64,000 nt of DNA. Source: Sphaerodactylus townsendi. Its lineage: Eukaryota. Location: NCBI RefSeq assembly GCF_021028975.2, contig NC_059428.1, forward strand, positions 35,588,001-35,652,000, in the 5' to 3' direction. Shown one piece after another: positions 63,090-64,000 of the stretch (positions within the stretch are counted from its first letter, which is position 1; every line of letters begins with the position of its first letter). The notes under the pieces were generated by a model that did not search any database, was not told where the DNA came from, and saw only the letters and a program-made list of their open reading frames with translations. The position numbers were made by a program, and so were the translations under genes.

Positions 63090-63812
63090 GGCCATTTCTG
63101 CACAGATCCCCACCATTTACAAAATGTTTTCTATCCACCCTGTTTGTTCACACTCGCCCCTCAAAACAATTCCTGGCTGACATTTTGTGACTGTTCCTTT
63201 TTTTAAAAAAAAAATCCCGATTTTAGTATATATGCTGCTGAAGCGAGCACGCTTTTTTTAAAAAAAACAAATTTATCTGTGAGTTCGATGCTCTGTTGCT
63301 TCAAAACCTCGTGCTGCGATTCTTGTAGGTTGTATACACGAGGCACCAAAAATCATCCCCCACCCATGACAAAAATAAGCAGGCAAGCTGAGGAGTGAGC
63401 TCAGAAAATGGTTCTCAGGAGGGATTCCAGGGACTGCCGAGTGGTGTGGGCAGTGGTGGGATTCAGCAGGTTTGCACCACTTCGGCAGAACCGATTGTTA
63501 AAATGGTGCTTGTAAACACCCAGTTGTTAATTATTTGAATCCCACCACTGGAACCAGTTGTTAAATTATTTGAACCCCACCACTGGGTGTGGGGGATGTT
63601 TTAAAGAGATCCACACAATAGGTGAAAGTGGTTCCACAAAAGAATCGCTAAAGTGAAACCATTTTCAAAAAAGTATTGCTAAAGAGGATTCCGTTAAAAC
63701 ATTTTCAGGCTGAAAAGAAAATGTTTTGGGGAGAAAACCAAGTGGAACTCCAAGGAGGAAACATTTTATTTCCTGCCTCAAAAAGTTTTACATTGGTTGT
63801 GCGGAAAGGGCC
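63090..63812. mobile_element. PIF/Harbinger non-autonomous element
   Basis: TIR ggccatttctgcaca / tgtgcggaaagggcc; imperfect TSD AAC/AAT. Confidence 0.72.
63451..63585. mobile_element. hAT MITE (same family as 1357) nested in the Harbinger element
   Basis: TIR cagtggtggg...cccaccactg; 8-bp TSD GGTGTGGG; right end internally duplicated. Confidence 0.9.
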
Positions 63813-64000
63813 AATATCAATACCTTCATGTTTCTTCCCACCATATCAATATCTTCATATTCTCAATTGGATCTTTGGATTTTTTTGCATTCTTGAATGT
63901 TACTGATTTTTCTGGTTGTTGTGGGTTTTCTGGGCTGTGTGGCTGTGGTCTGGAAGATCTTGGTCCTTGTTTTGACACTACATTGCTGATTTTTATTTAT

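Overview
Vertebrate genomic DNA, almost certainly a squamate and probably a gecko (inferred from the repeat families). Most of the window is transposon-derived: CR1, L2, Penelope, RTE/RTE-X-type LINEs, tRNA- and 5S-derived SINEs, many hAT and PIF/Harbinger MITEs with intact TSDs, solo LTRs and a Helitron. The only host gene I can support is a CpG-island promoter (~25.4-26.3 kb) with a 73-nt signal-peptide first coding exon (25917-25989, phase-1 GT donor) that most resembles IGSF11. The rest of the window appears to be its large intron 1; no exon 2 was recognised. The most unexpected element is an orphan, frameshifted, CpG-decayed genomic copy of PAXIP1 (PTIP) exon 1, with its splice donor, inside that intron (33216-33306). 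Other observations: a 3'-truncated LINE keeping ORF1 and the endonuclease, a ~400-bp local inverted duplication, a Helitron inserted in a LINE tail, Penelope-derived minimal hammerhead ribozyme motifs, an OC1-like hAT element, a dense GATA-site cluster upstream of the promoter, and a young ACGTG-rich irregular minisatellite. I found no evidence of a novel multi-gene system. All family and gene names are from recall, not database searches.
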